A stretch of DNA of 64,000 nt from the NCBI GenBank assembly GCA_958295975.1, contig OY282446.1, positions 595,289 through 659,288 on the forward strand, read 5' to 3'. Below the pieces are notes generated by a model. It did not search any database. It saw only the letters and a list, made by a program, of their open reading frames with translations, and was not told the DNA's origin. The DNA comes from Tepidiformaceae bacterium (GTDB lineage Bacteria; Chloroflexota; Dehalococcoidia; Tepidiformales; Tepidiformaceae). Position 1 is the first letter of the stretch; the number at the start of each line of letters is the position of its first letter. A program made the translations under genes and the position numbers. Shown in pieces: positions 19,190 to 30,316 of the stretch.

Positions 19190-19480
19190 CTAGTCCTCCG
19201 AGAAGAAGGCCCGCTCCGTATGGCCCGGCTCCACCAGCAGGTGCATCTCCGAGCGCAGCGCCAGCATCGTCTGGCTCGAGGCCGCCGCCTCCCCCGCCGC
19301 CTCGTCGCGGTAGATGGCGATGCGCGCCAGCTCCCCGCTCTCGTCGTGCGGCCGGAGCAGGTGCGTCTGCAGGCAGCCCTCGCGCGAGGACGCCTCCGCG
19401 TTGATCCGTTCGAGGACGTCGCGCAGACGATCCTCTTCGCCGCGCCGCGGCTTCGCGATCGAGATGCGGATGTAGGGCAT
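19190..19480 (-). CDS. ABM/Dabb-like small protein
   Basis: 96 aa, MPYIRISIAKPRRGEEDRLRDVLERINAEAS...ARIAIYRDEAA, with ferredoxin-like beta-alpha-beta periodicity. Confidence 0.55.
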   Translation of the reverse strand: MPYIRISIAKPRRGEEDRLRDVLERINAEASSREGCLQTHLLRPHDESGELARIAIYRDEAAGEAAASSQTMLALRSEMHLLVEPGHTERAFFSED

Positions 19481-19598
19481 GGCGGAACTCCTTCGGGTCG
19501 TGGGTCCATCGTAGCCGCTTCGCGGCGCGCCCGCGCGAACGAAGGCCCCCGTCGCGGGGGCGGGGGCCTTCGTCGCGTGGGCTGGCCGGGGCGCGGGG

Positions 19599-19817
19599 CT
19601 ACAGGCGCAGCTTGCCGTGCGACGGCTGGCGGCGGCGCTGGCGCTGGGGCAGCGCCGCTTCCTCCGCCGCCAGGTCGATGGGCGGGCGCGTCAGCACCTC
19701 GTGCACGTAGCCGCACATGATGCAGCTGCCGTAGGTTCCGTGCCAGTCGCGCTCCACGATGATGGAGCCGCTGCACTTCGGGCACGTGCGGGGGGGAGCC
19801 TCCTGCAAGGCGGGCAT
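19599..19817 (-). CDS. small zinc-ribbon protein
   Basis: CPKCSGS...CIMCGY (CxxC-N17-CxxC). I chose ATG 19815-19817 because GAGGAGAA lies upstream. Confidence 0.55.
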   Translation of the reverse strand: MPALQEAPPRTCPKCSGSIIVERDWHGTYGSCIMCGYVHEVLTRPPIDLAAEEAALPQRQRRRQPSHGKLRL

Positions 19818-20178
19818 GGGAACGTTCTCCTCGGTTCCGTGAGGCGTGAAGAAAATGACCTCGCAGCGGGGCGTCCCGCCCGCCGGGCCTTCCATATGCA
19901 TACGGGGTTAGCTGACGGGTTCGGGCGGAAGGTTGCCCTGGGAGCTGGAGACGCTCCGTTCACCCCGGAAGTGGTTCCCCCGCTGCGCCCATGGCGCACT
20001 CTGCAGATTATCGGCTGTACCGAGCGCACGGCCCCGCGAACGGAGCCACGGGGGACGCTATCAGCCCCGTTTCGCCCCTGTCAAGCGCTTTTGCGAAGAA
20101 AATCACAAACTTCGTCGCCAATGCGCCCCCGGTCCGCGCGCGCCGGGGCCGCATCGGCGGGAACCGCCGTCCGCCGCC

Positions 20179-22272
<2,094 letters not shown>

Positions 22273-22396
22273 GGTTCCCCCGGCAAGCGTGCGCCGCATC
22301 GCCCGACCGCCGGAGGGAAGGCCCGCCGGCGGCGAATCGCGGCGCGTGATGAGCGTGTGAGGCCGCTGGCACTCTAGCCGAGGGGCGGATTACGCG

Positions 22397-22741
22397 CTAC
22401 AGGTTCTTCACCGGGTCCGGCAGGTCGCCCTCGCGCGCGGCGTCGATCATCTCCCGCGCGCTCTCCGGCATGTCGATGCCGTACTCGTCGAAGCGCTTCT
22501 CCACCCACGAGCCGATCTGGCGCGGGTCGCGGATGTCCGTCGCGCTCCCGTCCGTGCCCGGATCGCCGTAGCGTTCGAGCACCTCCGCGCGCGAAAAGGA
22601 GCGCGCGAAGCTCGACACCAGCCGCCGCGTGTCCGCGCTCCCGCAGTGCTCGCAGGGCGCCGCCAGCGATGCGTCGGCCTTGCGCGTGAAGTGGCTGGTG
22701 ATGCGCCCGCAGTCCTCGCAGCGGAACTCGTAGATGGGCAT
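22397..22741 (-). CDS. FmdB-family zinc-ribbon regulatory protein
   Basis: MPIYEFRCEDCG...CEHCGS is the N-terminal signature of the family. Confidence 0.8.
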   Translation of the reverse strand: MPIYEFRCEDCGRITSHFTRKADASLAAPCEHCGSADTRRLVSSFARSFSRAEVLERYGDPGTDGSATDIRDPRQIGSWVEKRFDEYGIDMPESAREMIDAAREGDLPDPVKNL

Positions 22742-22765
22742 CGCGCGCCGATGGTAGCACGCCCG

Positions 22766-23143
22766 CTAGGCGTCGGGCTCGTCCGGAATCTCGAGGCCGC
22801 GGAAGTGCTCGACGTGCGCCACTTTCCCGCGCGCGCCGAGGTCGATGCTCACGAGGTCGATGCGCGCGCGCTCCGGGTCGAGGCCGCGCGCCTCGCAGAA
22901 CTCCATGGCGCAGCGCCACATGCGCCGCAGCTTGCGCGCGTCCAGCGACTCCGCCGCGGCCCCCGGCGCGGCCCGCCGCGCGCGCACCTCCACGAAGGCC
23001 ACGTCCGCGCCGTCGCGGGCCACGAGGTCGATCTCGCCGCTGGGCGTGCGCGCGTTGCGCGCGAGGATGGCGAGGCCCGCCGCCTCCAGCCGGTGGGCGG
23101 CCACGCGCTCCCCGAAGGCCCCCAGCCGCTGGCGCTCCGTCAC
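22766..23143 (-). CDS. YraN family (UPF0102) endonuclease-like protein
   Basis: GERVAAHRLEAAGLAILARNARTPSGEIDLVARDGADVAFVEVRAR. GTG 23141-23143 overlaps the rnhB TGA (GTGA). Confidence 0.8.
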   Translation of the reverse strand: MTERQRLGAFGERVAAHRLEAAGLAILARNARTPSGEIDLVARDGADVAFVEVRARRAAPGAAAESLDARKLRRMWRCAMEFCEARGLDPERARIDLVSIDLGARGKVAHVEHFRGLEIPDEPDA

Positions 23144-23784
23144 CGCGCCGGTCCGAGCTGCGGCTGCGCGAAGGGCGCCCAGCTCAGGCGGTGCTCCCCG
23201 CAGGGGCCGCGCCGCTCGATGGCGGCCAGATGGGCGGGCGTGGCGTAGCCCTTGTTGCGGCAGAAGCCGTAGCCGGGGACGCGCGCGCACAGCTCCGCCA
23301 TCCAGCGGTCGCGCGCCACCTTGGCCACGATCGAGGCCGCCGCCACGGCCACGCTGCGCGCGTCCGCCTTCGGCTCCGCGCGCACGCACGGCAGGGGCAG
23401 CGCCAGCGCGTCGGAGATGACGGCGTCGGGCGCGCGCGGCAGCGCCTCAATGGCGCGCATGGCCGCCAGCCGCCGCGCCTCCGCGATGCCGCGCCGGTCG
23501 ACCTCGGCGCTCGTGGCCCAGCCGACGCCGTGGGGGATGGATGCCTCAATCCCGGCGGCCAGCTCCTCGCGCGCCGCGGGCGTGAGCGTCTTGGAATCGC
23601 GCACGCGCCGGAACCAGGGCCGCCGGTCCCGCGGCGCGAGCAGCACCGCCGCCGCCGTGACCGGTCCGGCCAGCGGCCCCACGCCCACCTCGTCCACGCC
23701 CGCCACCAGCGCCGCGCCCGCGCGCCACGCCTCGCGTTCCCAGCGCAGGGAGGGGACGGGGCCGCGACGCGGGCGCGCCGCCAC
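23140..23784 (-). CDS. rnhB: ribonuclease HII
   Basis: VAGVDEVGVGPLAGPV active-site region and the conserved rnhB-yraN gene order. Confidence 0.9.
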   Translation of the reverse strand: MAARPRRGPVPSLRWEREAWRAGAALVAGVDEVGVGPLAGPVTAAAVLLAPRDRRPWFRRVRDSKTLTPAAREELAAGIEASIPHGVGWATSAEVDRRGIAEARRLAAMRAIEALPRAPDAVISDALALPLPCVRAEPKADARSVAVAAASIVAKVARDRWMAELCARVPGYGFCRNKGYATPAHLAAIERRGPCGEHRLSWAPFAQPQLGPAR

Positions 23785-23785
23785 G

Positions 23786-24091
23786 CTAGGCGTCCCGCGC
23801 GTCCTCGTCTGCCCCCTGCCCGAGCAGCGCCCCGAGGGCGGCCTCGTTCTCCGCCAGCTGCCCCTCCATGTCCTCGATGCGGGCGAGCGCGGCCCGCACC
23901 TCGGCCAGCTCGCAGGGCAGCTCGCCCGAGGCCAGCTGGGGGTGAAGGGCCTCGCCGATGACGGTCTTCTCGCGGCGGATGCTCGATTCCAGGCGGTTCG
24001 CCCGCATCTCGAGCTGCGCCCGCTTCGTCTGCTTCTTCGTCACTTCCGTGGCGGTGGCCACGGTCTTGCGAACCTGGTCCCGGAAACTCAT
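23786..24091 (-). CDS. hypothetical coiled-coil protein
   Basis: 101 aa with good GC3 bias and a heptad-like charged sequence. It abuts the rnhB start. Confidence 0.5.
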   Translation of the reverse strand: MSFRDQVRKTVATATEVTKKQTKRAQLEMRANRLESSIRREKTVIGEALHPQLASGELPCELAEVRAALARIEDMEGQLAENEAALGALLGQGADEDARDA

Positions 24092-24157
24092 GGGCCTCGT
24101 CCTGTCCGAATGCGTCGGGGGCGCATCATAGGCCCCACGGCGGCTCCGGCGCCACCG

Positions 24158-24838
24158 TCAGCCGCCCGCCAGCGACTCCTCGTAGACCTGCGCCATGCCC
24201 TCCAGCACGGTATCGGCCAGCCCCAGCACGCTTTCCACCGCCGCCACCGTGTCGTCCGCGCCCAGCTGCGCCTCCGAGGCCAGCTGCACGGCCGTCTCCT
24301 CCAGCGAGCGGCGCAGCGAGTTGAACGTGCCCACCGCGTCCGTGAGCGACACCTCCGCCGCCACCAGCGTGCGCCCGTACTCGCCGCCGATGCTGCGCGC
24401 GTCGTCGCTGAAGCGCTCCGGGCGGGGGCGCGCGCGCGAGGAGAGGAAGCGCGCGGAGAGGTCCACCAGCTGCCGCCCCGTGAAGCGCAGGCGGTCGCGC
24501 GCCGTCTGGTCCAGCCCCTCCAGCGCGTGCGGCTCGCGCTCCCGCCGCCCGCTCAGGCGCCGCTGCACGCGCGCCAGCGCCAGCTCGCTGATGCGGTCCG
24601 TGTCCAGCGGCGGCGCCGTCTGGCCGCCCCGCGTCAGGAACAGGCGCGCGTCCTCCGCGCGGATGCGCCGGTGGCCGCCGCTCGTGCGGAAGGAGCGCAG
24701 CTCGCCCGCGTCGGCCCAGCGGCGCACGGTCGACTGGCTCACGCCCAGCAGCGCGCTGGCCTGGCCCAGGGAGAGCCACTCCCGCGCGGGCGCGTCTGCG
24801 TCGTCGTCCACGAAACCTCCCAAACCTCGCGCCAGCAT
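24158..24838 (-). CDS. excisionase/MerR-type helix-turn-helix DNA-binding protein
   Basis: LSLGQASALLGVSQSTVRRWADAGELRSFRTSGGHRRI. I chose ATG 24836-24838. The 634-aa listed ORF upstream of that point is shadow of dinB. Confidence 0.7.
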   Translation of the reverse strand: MLARGLGGFVDDDADAPAREWLSLGQASALLGVSQSTVRRWADAGELRSFRTSGGHRRIRAEDARLFLTRGGQTAPPLDTDRISELALARVQRRLSGRREREPHALEGLDQTARDRLRFTGRQLVDLSARFLSSRARPRPERFSDDARSIGGEYGRTLVAAEVSLTDAVGTFNSLRRSLEETAVQLASEAQLGADDTVAAVESVLGLADTVLEGMAQVYEESLAGG

Positions 24839-24876
24839 ACGCGCGCGGCCCGCGCCCGCGCCACCGCCGAGGGGCC

Positions 24877-26046
24877 TCAGCGCCCTTCCGCCGTCATCTC
24901 CGCCGCGCGCCGCACCGCGCCGTCGCCGAAACGGTCGCGCAGCGAGCCCACCGTCTCCGCCAGCCGGTCGGCCTCCAGCGTCTCGCCCAGCCGCAGCTGG
25001 CGCGCGCGGGGCATCAGGTTGGCCACGCCCACGCCGATGAGGCGCACGGGACGCCGCCCCTCCTCGCGCCAGAGCCGCTCGAAGAGGTCCGCGCCCGCCG
25101 CGAAGATGTCGTCCGCCAGCGCCACCTGGCGGGCGGGCGTGTGCGAGCGCGTGAGCGTCTGGAAGGGCGGGAAGCGCAGTTTCAGGACGACCGTGCGCGC
25201 GGCGCGCCCGTCGCGGGCCAGATCGCGCGCCACCTGCTCGGCCTGCGCGCGCAGCACGGCGCGCAGGCGGGACCGCCCGGGCTCGTCCTCGCCGAAGGTG
25301 GTTTCGCGGCTGACCGAGCGCGCCGCCGCCCGCTCCGTGAGCACGGGCGCGTCGAAGCGCCCCAGCGCGCGCTCGCGCAGCTCCTCGCCCATGCGCCCGA
25401 AGCGCGCCCGCAGGGCCGCCGCCGGCCAGGCGGCCACCTCCCCGATGGCGCGCAGCCCCAGCTCCGCCAGCCGCGCCTCCAGCCGCGGGCCCACCATGGG
25501 CAGGTCGCGCACGGGCAGCGGCGCGAGGAAGGCCGCCTCCCCGCCCGCGGGCACCACGCACAGCCCGTCCGGCTTGGCCGCGTCGCTGGCCACCTTGGCC
25601 ACGAGCTTGTTGGCGGCCACGCCCGCGGAGGCGGCGATGCCGATTTCCGCGCGCACGCGGGCGCGGATGGCCCGCGCGATCGCCTCGCCGTCGCCGAAGA
25701 GCCGTTCGCAGCCCGCCACGTCGAGGTACGCCTCGTCCGTCCCCGCGCGTTCGCAGGCGGGCGTGTAGTCCCGCAGGATGGCGTGGAAGCGCTCCGACGC
25801 CTCCGCGTAGTACGGAAAGTCCACGGGCAGGCAGGTCGCCTGCGGGCAGAGCCGTCGCGCGCGCGCCATGGGCAGCGCCGAATGCACCCCGAAGGCGCGC
25901 GCCTCGTAGCTGGCGGTGCTGACCACGCCGCGCGGCCCGGTGAAGCCCACCACCACGGGCTTCCCCGCCAGCTCGGGGCGGCGCAGCACCTCCATCGCCA
26001 CGAAGAAGGCGTCCAGATCGACGTGCAGCACGCTTGGCGAACCCAT
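24877..26046 (-). CDS. dinB: DNA polymerase IV (Y-family)
   Basis: VLHVDLDAFFVAMEVLRRPELAGKPVVVG... and the full-length Y-family pattern. Confidence 0.9.
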   Translation of the reverse strand: MGSPSVLHVDLDAFFVAMEVLRRPELAGKPVVVGFTGPRGVVSTASYEARAFGVHSALPMARARRLCPQATCLPVDFPYYAEASERFHAILRDYTPACERAGTDEAYLDVAGCERLFGDGEAIARAIRARVRAEIGIAASAGVAANKLVAKVASDAAKPDGLCVVPAGGEAAFLAPLPVRDLPMVGPRLEARLAELGLRAIGEVAAWPAAALRARFGRMGEELRERALGRFDAPVLTERAAARSVSRETTFGEDEPGRSRLRAVLRAQAEQVARDLARDGRAARTVVLKLRFPPFQTLTRSHTPARQVALADDIFAAGADLFERLWREEGRRPVRLIGVGVANLMPRARQLRLGETLEADRLAETVGSLRDRFGDGAVRRAAEMTAEGR

Positions 26047-26048
26047 GC

Positions 26049-26060
26049 GAACACCCGTTC
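26049..26060. promoter_or_regulatory. candidate LexA (SOS) box upstream of dinB
   Basis: Perfect palindrome GAACACCCGTTC (GAAC-N4-GTTC) starting 3 nt upstream of the annotated dinB ATG. Confidence 0.55.
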
Positions 26061-26191
26061 ATCCAGCCTACACCATCCGCCGGAGCGGCGGGCTCCGGTG
26101 CCCCGTCAGAAGCGTGGCCGCGTCCCCCCTGCGCCCGCTTCCGCTACAGTGTGCGAAGCCCGCGCTCGAACGCGGGGCGAAGGAGCCTTCC

Positions 26192-26641
26192 ATGTCGTCG
26201 TCCCCGTCGTCGCCGGACCCCACGCCGCTGGAGCGGATGCTCGCCTTCAACCAGGGGGTGATCGAGGAGTTCCGCGCGAACGGCGGGAGCGTCACGGGGC
26301 GGTTCGCGGGCGCGCCCCTGCTGCTGCTCACGACCACGGGCGCGCAGAGCGGCGAGCCGCGCACGACGCCGCTCGTGCACAGCACCGACGGCGAGCGCGT
26401 CGTCATCATCGCCTCCTACGCGGGCGGGCCGAGGCATCCCGCCTGGTTCCTCAACCTGCGCGCCACCCCGGAGGTCACGGTCGAGCTGCCGGGGGAGACG
26501 TTCCGCGGGCGCGCGCGCATCGCCGCGGGCGAGGAGCGCGAGCGCCTCTACGACCAGCAGGCGGCGCGGATGCCGCAGTTCAACGAGTATCGGGAGAAGA
26601 CCAGCCGCGAGATTCCGGTGGTCGTGATCGAGCGCGCCTGA
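26192..26641 (+). CDS. deazaflavin(F420)-dependent nitroreductase family (DDN/PF04075-like) protein
   Basis: FNQGVIEEFRANGGSVTGRFAGAPLLLLTTTGAQSGEPRTTPLV...GGPRHPAWFLNLRATPEVTVE. AGGAG lies upstream of ATG 26192. Confidence 0.8.
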   Translation: MSSSPSSPDPTPLERMLAFNQGVIEEFRANGGSVTGRFAGAPLLLLTTTGAQSGEPRTTPLVHSTDGERVVIIASYAGGPRHPAWFLNLRATPEVTVELPGETFRGRARIAAGEERERLYDQQAARMPQFNEYREKTSREIPVVVIERA

Positions 26642-26701
26642 CGGCGGCGCTGCACGCGCATCGGGTAGGATCGGCCCCCGCAACGCGAAAGGAGTCGCCC
26701 C

Positions 26702-27925
26702 ATGCCCAGGCCCCGCGTCCTCACCGAACTCGACGAGTGGCCCCGCCACCAGACGATCGACACCTTCGACTCCGTGGCCACGGCCAGCACGGAGTGGAGC
26801 GACGGCTACTGGTTCTGCTTCGGCGATCCGGCGGGGGAGGTGAACCTGATCACGGCCATCCGCCTCTACCACAACACGAACGTGATGGACGCCTACGCCA
26901 TCGTCAGCCTGGACGACGGCAAGCAGTACAACCTGCGCGCCAGCCGCCGCCTGCGCCCGCGCATCGACGAGCTGGAGGTGGGGCCGTTCTGGCAGGAGAT
27001 CGTGCGCGGGCTGCGCACGGTGCGGGTGGGCTGCCGCGAGAACCCGCACGGCATCGAGTTCGACATCCTCTGGGAGAGCACGGCCCCGCCCTACGACGAG
27101 GCCCCGGGCGGGCGCTTCCGGGTGGACGGGCGGCTGGTGGCCGAGCGCTCCAACTACATCCAGTCCGCCGACATCGCGGGCCGCGTGAAGGTGAACGGGC
27201 GCGAGTGGACGTTCGATTTCGGCGAGGGCTGGGCGGGCACGCGCGACCACTCCTGGGGCATCGGCGCGGGCACGGGCAGCGGCGGCAAGGCCAACCCCTA
27301 CGTGGCGCCGCTCCTGCAGCCGCCCGAGCGGGGCAGCTTCTCCGCCGACGGGATGCGCCACTGGGGGGTGGTGAACTTCCCCGACCGCTGCCTCTACTAC
27401 GCCTTCCGCCTGGGCGAGGACGGGCGCTACACCGCCTCCGGCACGGGCCGCCAGAGCACGGGGCCGCTGCACAGCTGGGTCGAATACGCCTACGACTCCG
27501 GCCGCGAGGGCTTCGCCTACGCCGACGTCTCCATCGAGGCGCACGAGTGGGAGGACGGCCATCCCCGCTTCAAGCGCGGACGCCTCAACCTGACGCGCCC
27601 CGACGGCGGCGTCGACCGCTTCCAGCTGGAGGTGGTGGGCGAACCCGTCTACATGCGCGCGGGCGGCTACGCCGACGGCTGGAACGACACCCTCGGGCGC
27701 GGCGTCTACCGCGGCGAGGAAGTGGTGGAGGGCGAGGTCTGGGACGTCTCCCATCCGGTCAAGGTGTACGACCTGGAGGGGAACGAGGTGCCGCAGATGA
27801 GCGGCGGCGGCTCCTACGCCGAGCTCTCCACCGTCTACCGCAACCTCGACGATCCCGACGACGTGGGGCTGGGCATCCTCGAGTGCGCGATCATGACCGA
27901 GTTCGAGGGCGTCAGGGGCCCGTAG
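26702..27925 (+). CDS. conserved hypothetical protein
   Basis: 407-aa ORF with good coding bias and non-repetitive composition. I could not confidently assign a family. Confidence 0.6.
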   Translation: MPRPRVLTELDEWPRHQTIDTFDSVATASTEWSDGYWFCFGDPAGEVNLITAIRLYHNTNVMDAYAIVSLDDGKQYNLRASRRLRPRIDELEVGPFWQEIVRGLRTVRVGCRENPHGIEFDILWESTAPPYDEAPGGRFRVDGRLVAERSNYIQSADIAGRVKVNGREWTFDFGEGWAGTRDHSWGIGAGTGSGGKANPYVAPLLQPPERGSFSADGMRHWGVVNFPDRCLYYAFRLGEDGRYTASGTGRQSTGPLHSWVEYAYDSGREGFAYADVSIEAHEWEDGHPRFKRGRLNLTRPDGGVDRFQLEVVGEPVYMRAGGYADGWNDTLGRGVYRGEEVVEGEVWDVSHPVKVYDLEGNEVPQMSGGGSYAELSTVYRNLDDPDDVGLGILECAIMTEFEGVRGP

Positions 27926-28475
27926 CCGCGGGCGGCGGGGGCGCGACGGCGGCCAGCTCGCGCAGGAGTTCGAGCCGCTCGCCGTGCCAGCGGCTGGCGA
28001 GGCCGCTCGACGAGGGAACCACCCAGGGAACGGTCGCGCCGATGCGTTCGGGCTGCTCGCCGTTGGGGCGGCGCGTCAGCGCGGCGCGCGGCAGACCCAG
28101 CGCATGGCGCCCGAAATGGACGTAGATGCCGCGCCCGCTGAACACGGCCCGGCGTGGCTGGAACTCCAGCAGCTGGGCGTGCAGGCGGCGCGCACCCGCG
28201 GCGATCTCCGCCTCCGTGAGCTCGTCCGCGCGCACCGTGGCGCGCGGGCAGAGGTCGACGAAGCCGATGCCCGCCGCATCCATGAGGGAGGCGTCGTCGC
28301 CGGGACCGGCGGGACGCGGCAGCAGGCCGCTCGCGTTGAGCTGCCGCCAGAAGGCGTTGCCGCCGCGCGCGTAGTAGTGGCCCGCTTCGGCGGAGTAGAC
28401 GGAGGGGTTGTAGCCGATGAAGACGATACGCAGGCCGGGGCGCAGGTAGTGGGGCAGGGTGGGGCCATCGCTCAC
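27912..28475 (-). CDS. mug: mismatch-specific uracil/G:T DNA glycosylase (UDG family 2, Mug-like)
   Basis: PGLRIVFIGYNPSVYSAEAGHYYARGGNAFW and VVPSSSGLA align with the E. coli Mug motifs GINPGL...NRFW and LPNPSGLS. The GTG start overlaps the upstream TGA. Confidence 0.75.
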   Translation of the reverse strand: MSDGPTLPHYLRPGLRIVFIGYNPSVYSAEAGHYYARGGNAFWRQLNASGLLPRPAGPGDDASLMDAAGIGFVDLCPRATVRADELTEAEIAAGARRLHAQLLEFQPRRAVFSGRGIYVHFGRHALGLPRAALTRRPNGEQPERIGATVPWVVPSSSGLASRWHGERLELLRELAAVAPPPPAATGP

Positions 28476-28972
28476 GGCCCGTCCGCCGCCAGCGCGAAGC
28501 GCACGCCCGGATCGGGCAGGCGCAGGGTGCGGGGTTCGGCCCCGCCGTCGGGCCGCGGGAAGGTGAGCGCGATCGTCTCGTCCGCGCCCTCGTCGAGCCG
28601 CGGCGGCGCGCGCCCATCCGGCCAGTCGAGGGGGACGCGCTCGCCGTCCGCCAGCTCGAGCTCGACGCCCTCAGGCTCGAAGGTCCAGGCTTCCTCCGCG
28701 CGGACGCGCAGGGCGACGGTCCAGGCGGGCGGCGCTTCCGCGGGCAGGACCGTTTCCACCGAAATCGTCACGCCCTCGCCACGCCAGGCCTCGCCGGGCG
28801 CCACGTCCGCCTCGCCGTAGAAGAAATCGACGGCGGCGGGGACGCCGAAGATGCCGGCGGGGATGCCCACGAGGATGCCGAGGATGGCGGCCACGCGCAG
28901 GCAGCCGCCGCGCCCGGCGGGGGCGTCCGGCTCGGCCGGGACGGCGACGCGGCGGCGGGACGATTCGCTCAC
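28472..28972 (-). CDS. hypothetical membrane-anchored protein
   Basis: GTG 28970-28972, one N-terminal TM helix (VAAILGILVGIPAGIFGV), and a soluble C-terminal part. The stop overlaps the mug start. Confidence 0.5.
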   Translation of the reverse strand: MSESSRRRVAVPAEPDAPAGRGGCLRVAAILGILVGIPAGIFGVPAAVDFFYGEADVAPGEAWRGEGVTISVETVLPAEAPPAWTVALRVRAEEAWTFEPEGVELELADGERVPLDWPDGRAPPRLDEGADETIALTFPRPDGGAEPRTLRLPDPGVRFALAADGP

Positions 28973-28980
28973 GCGCGGCG

Positions 28981-29643
28981 CTAGCGGACGCGGGCGGCGA
29001 GGACGAAGCGGAAGTCGGGGGACGCGCCCAGTTCGTAGCGCTCGTCGGCGGCGAGGGCGCGGAGGAAGCGCTGGAGCGAGGCCGCGCCCGCGTCGCCGGG
29101 GCGCTCCGCGAGGACCGCGGGCAGCGTCCCCGCATTGACGACGAGGAGCGCGCCGCCGGTGCGCACGAGCCGCGCGAGGTGGCCGCCCATGCGCTCGCAT
29201 TCGCGCCAGCGCGCCCCCGCGATGGCGAGGTCGTAGGGCCCGTTGAGGGCGCGCACGACGGTGGGGGCGTCGCCCGCGTGGACGCGGACGCGCTCGGCGA
29301 GGGCGTGCCGCCCGGCGTGGGCGGCGATGGCCGCGGCGAGGCGTTCGTGGCTCACCACGGCCTCGAGATGGCCGGTCTGGCCGAACGCGCCCGCCACGTG
29401 GAGGCTGGCGTGGGCGGCGACGGCCTCGCCCGCCGCGCCGGAGGGCAGGTCGCTGGCCACGTGCAGGACGTAGGTGGCGCGCATGGCGCGGACGATGGCG
29501 GCCAGCTGGCGGGCGGACGCCAGCGCATCGAGGCGGTCCTCCGCGGGCAGATCGGCGATGACGGATGCGAAGCGATCGGGGCGCGCGTCCAGCAGCTCGC
29601 GCGCGAAGCCGGCGGCGGCGGACGTGTCGGACATCCTGGCCAT
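28981..29643 (-). CDS. O-methyltransferase family 3-like protein (degenerate SAM motif)
   Basis: YDLAIAGARWRECERMGGHLARLVRTGGALLVVN resembles FDfiFiDAdK..Y..y.e....L.pGGli.vDN. The glycine-rich SAM loop is not obvious. Confidence 0.45.
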   Translation of the reverse strand: MARMSDTSAAAGFARELLDARPDRFASVIADLPAEDRLDALASARQLAAIVRAMRATYVLHVASDLPSGAAGEAVAAHASLHVAGAFGQTGHLEAVVSHERLAAAIAAHAGRHALAERVRVHAGDAPTVVRALNGPYDLAIAGARWRECERMGGHLARLVRTGGALLVVNAGTLPAVLAERPGDAGAASLQRFLRALAADERYELGASPDFRFVLAARVR

Positions 29644-29648
29644 TGTAG

Positions 29649-30272
29649 TCAGGCGGGGGCGTCGCCGCCCGCCAGCGCCCGTTCGAGGAGGGCGCGGTCC
29701 TCCGGCGCGAGGTCCGCGCGCAGGGCCAGCTCGCGGGCGGCGGGGCTGATCTTGCGCCACGTCCGGCGCAGCACCCGCTCCATGGTGGCGGGATCGGCGC
29801 GCGCGGCCAGGTCGTGCAGCTGCGTTTCCACGAACACGAGCGTGAGGGCGTCCTCGTAGGCCTGCCCCTCGGGGTCGCGCCGGGGCGTCTCCTTGCGGAT
29901 GAGGCGCTCGACGCGGGCGATGGTTTCCCCGTCGTAGCCCGCTTCCGCGAGGATGGCGCGGGCGTGGCGGGCGTGGCGCAGCTGCAGGTCGCGCCGCCAG
30001 CGCAGGTAGCCGCGCCGCCCCGCCGGATGGTCCGCGCGCGGGGATTCCCAGCGGCGCACGTGGTGGGCGCGGGCCGCGAGCAGCAGCGCCTCGCCAGCGT
30101 CGGGGCGCAACCGCTCCACCCAGGCCGTCATCATGCGCGCGTGCGTCAGTTCCCTGGGCGCGGGCCGCCCGTCCACGACGATGGTCGCGGGATCGGGGGC
30201 GTTGGCCTCGTCGATGAGCGCGATGGCGCGGGCGAAGCGGGGGCCGAAGCGGGAGGCGTCCACGCCGCCCAT
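29649..30272 (-). CDS. DUF4202-like protein
   Basis: 207 aa. The ...HARMMTAWVERLRPDAGEALLLAARAHHVRRWE...YLRWRRDL... pattern is recalled from the DUF4202 family and was not searched. Confidence 0.6.
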   Translation of the reverse strand: MGGVDASRFGPRFARAIALIDEANAPDPATIVVDGRPAPRELTHARMMTAWVERLRPDAGEALLLAARAHHVRRWESPRADHPAGRRGYLRWRRDLQLRHARHARAILAEAGYDGETIARVERLIRKETPRRDPEGQAYEDALTLVFVETQLHDLAARADPATMERVLRRTWRKISPAARELALRADLAPEDRALLERALAGGDAPA

Positions 30273-30316
30273 CTTTCCACAGCGGCGGGGGCGGCGGCGA
30301 ACCCTACAATGGGCGC

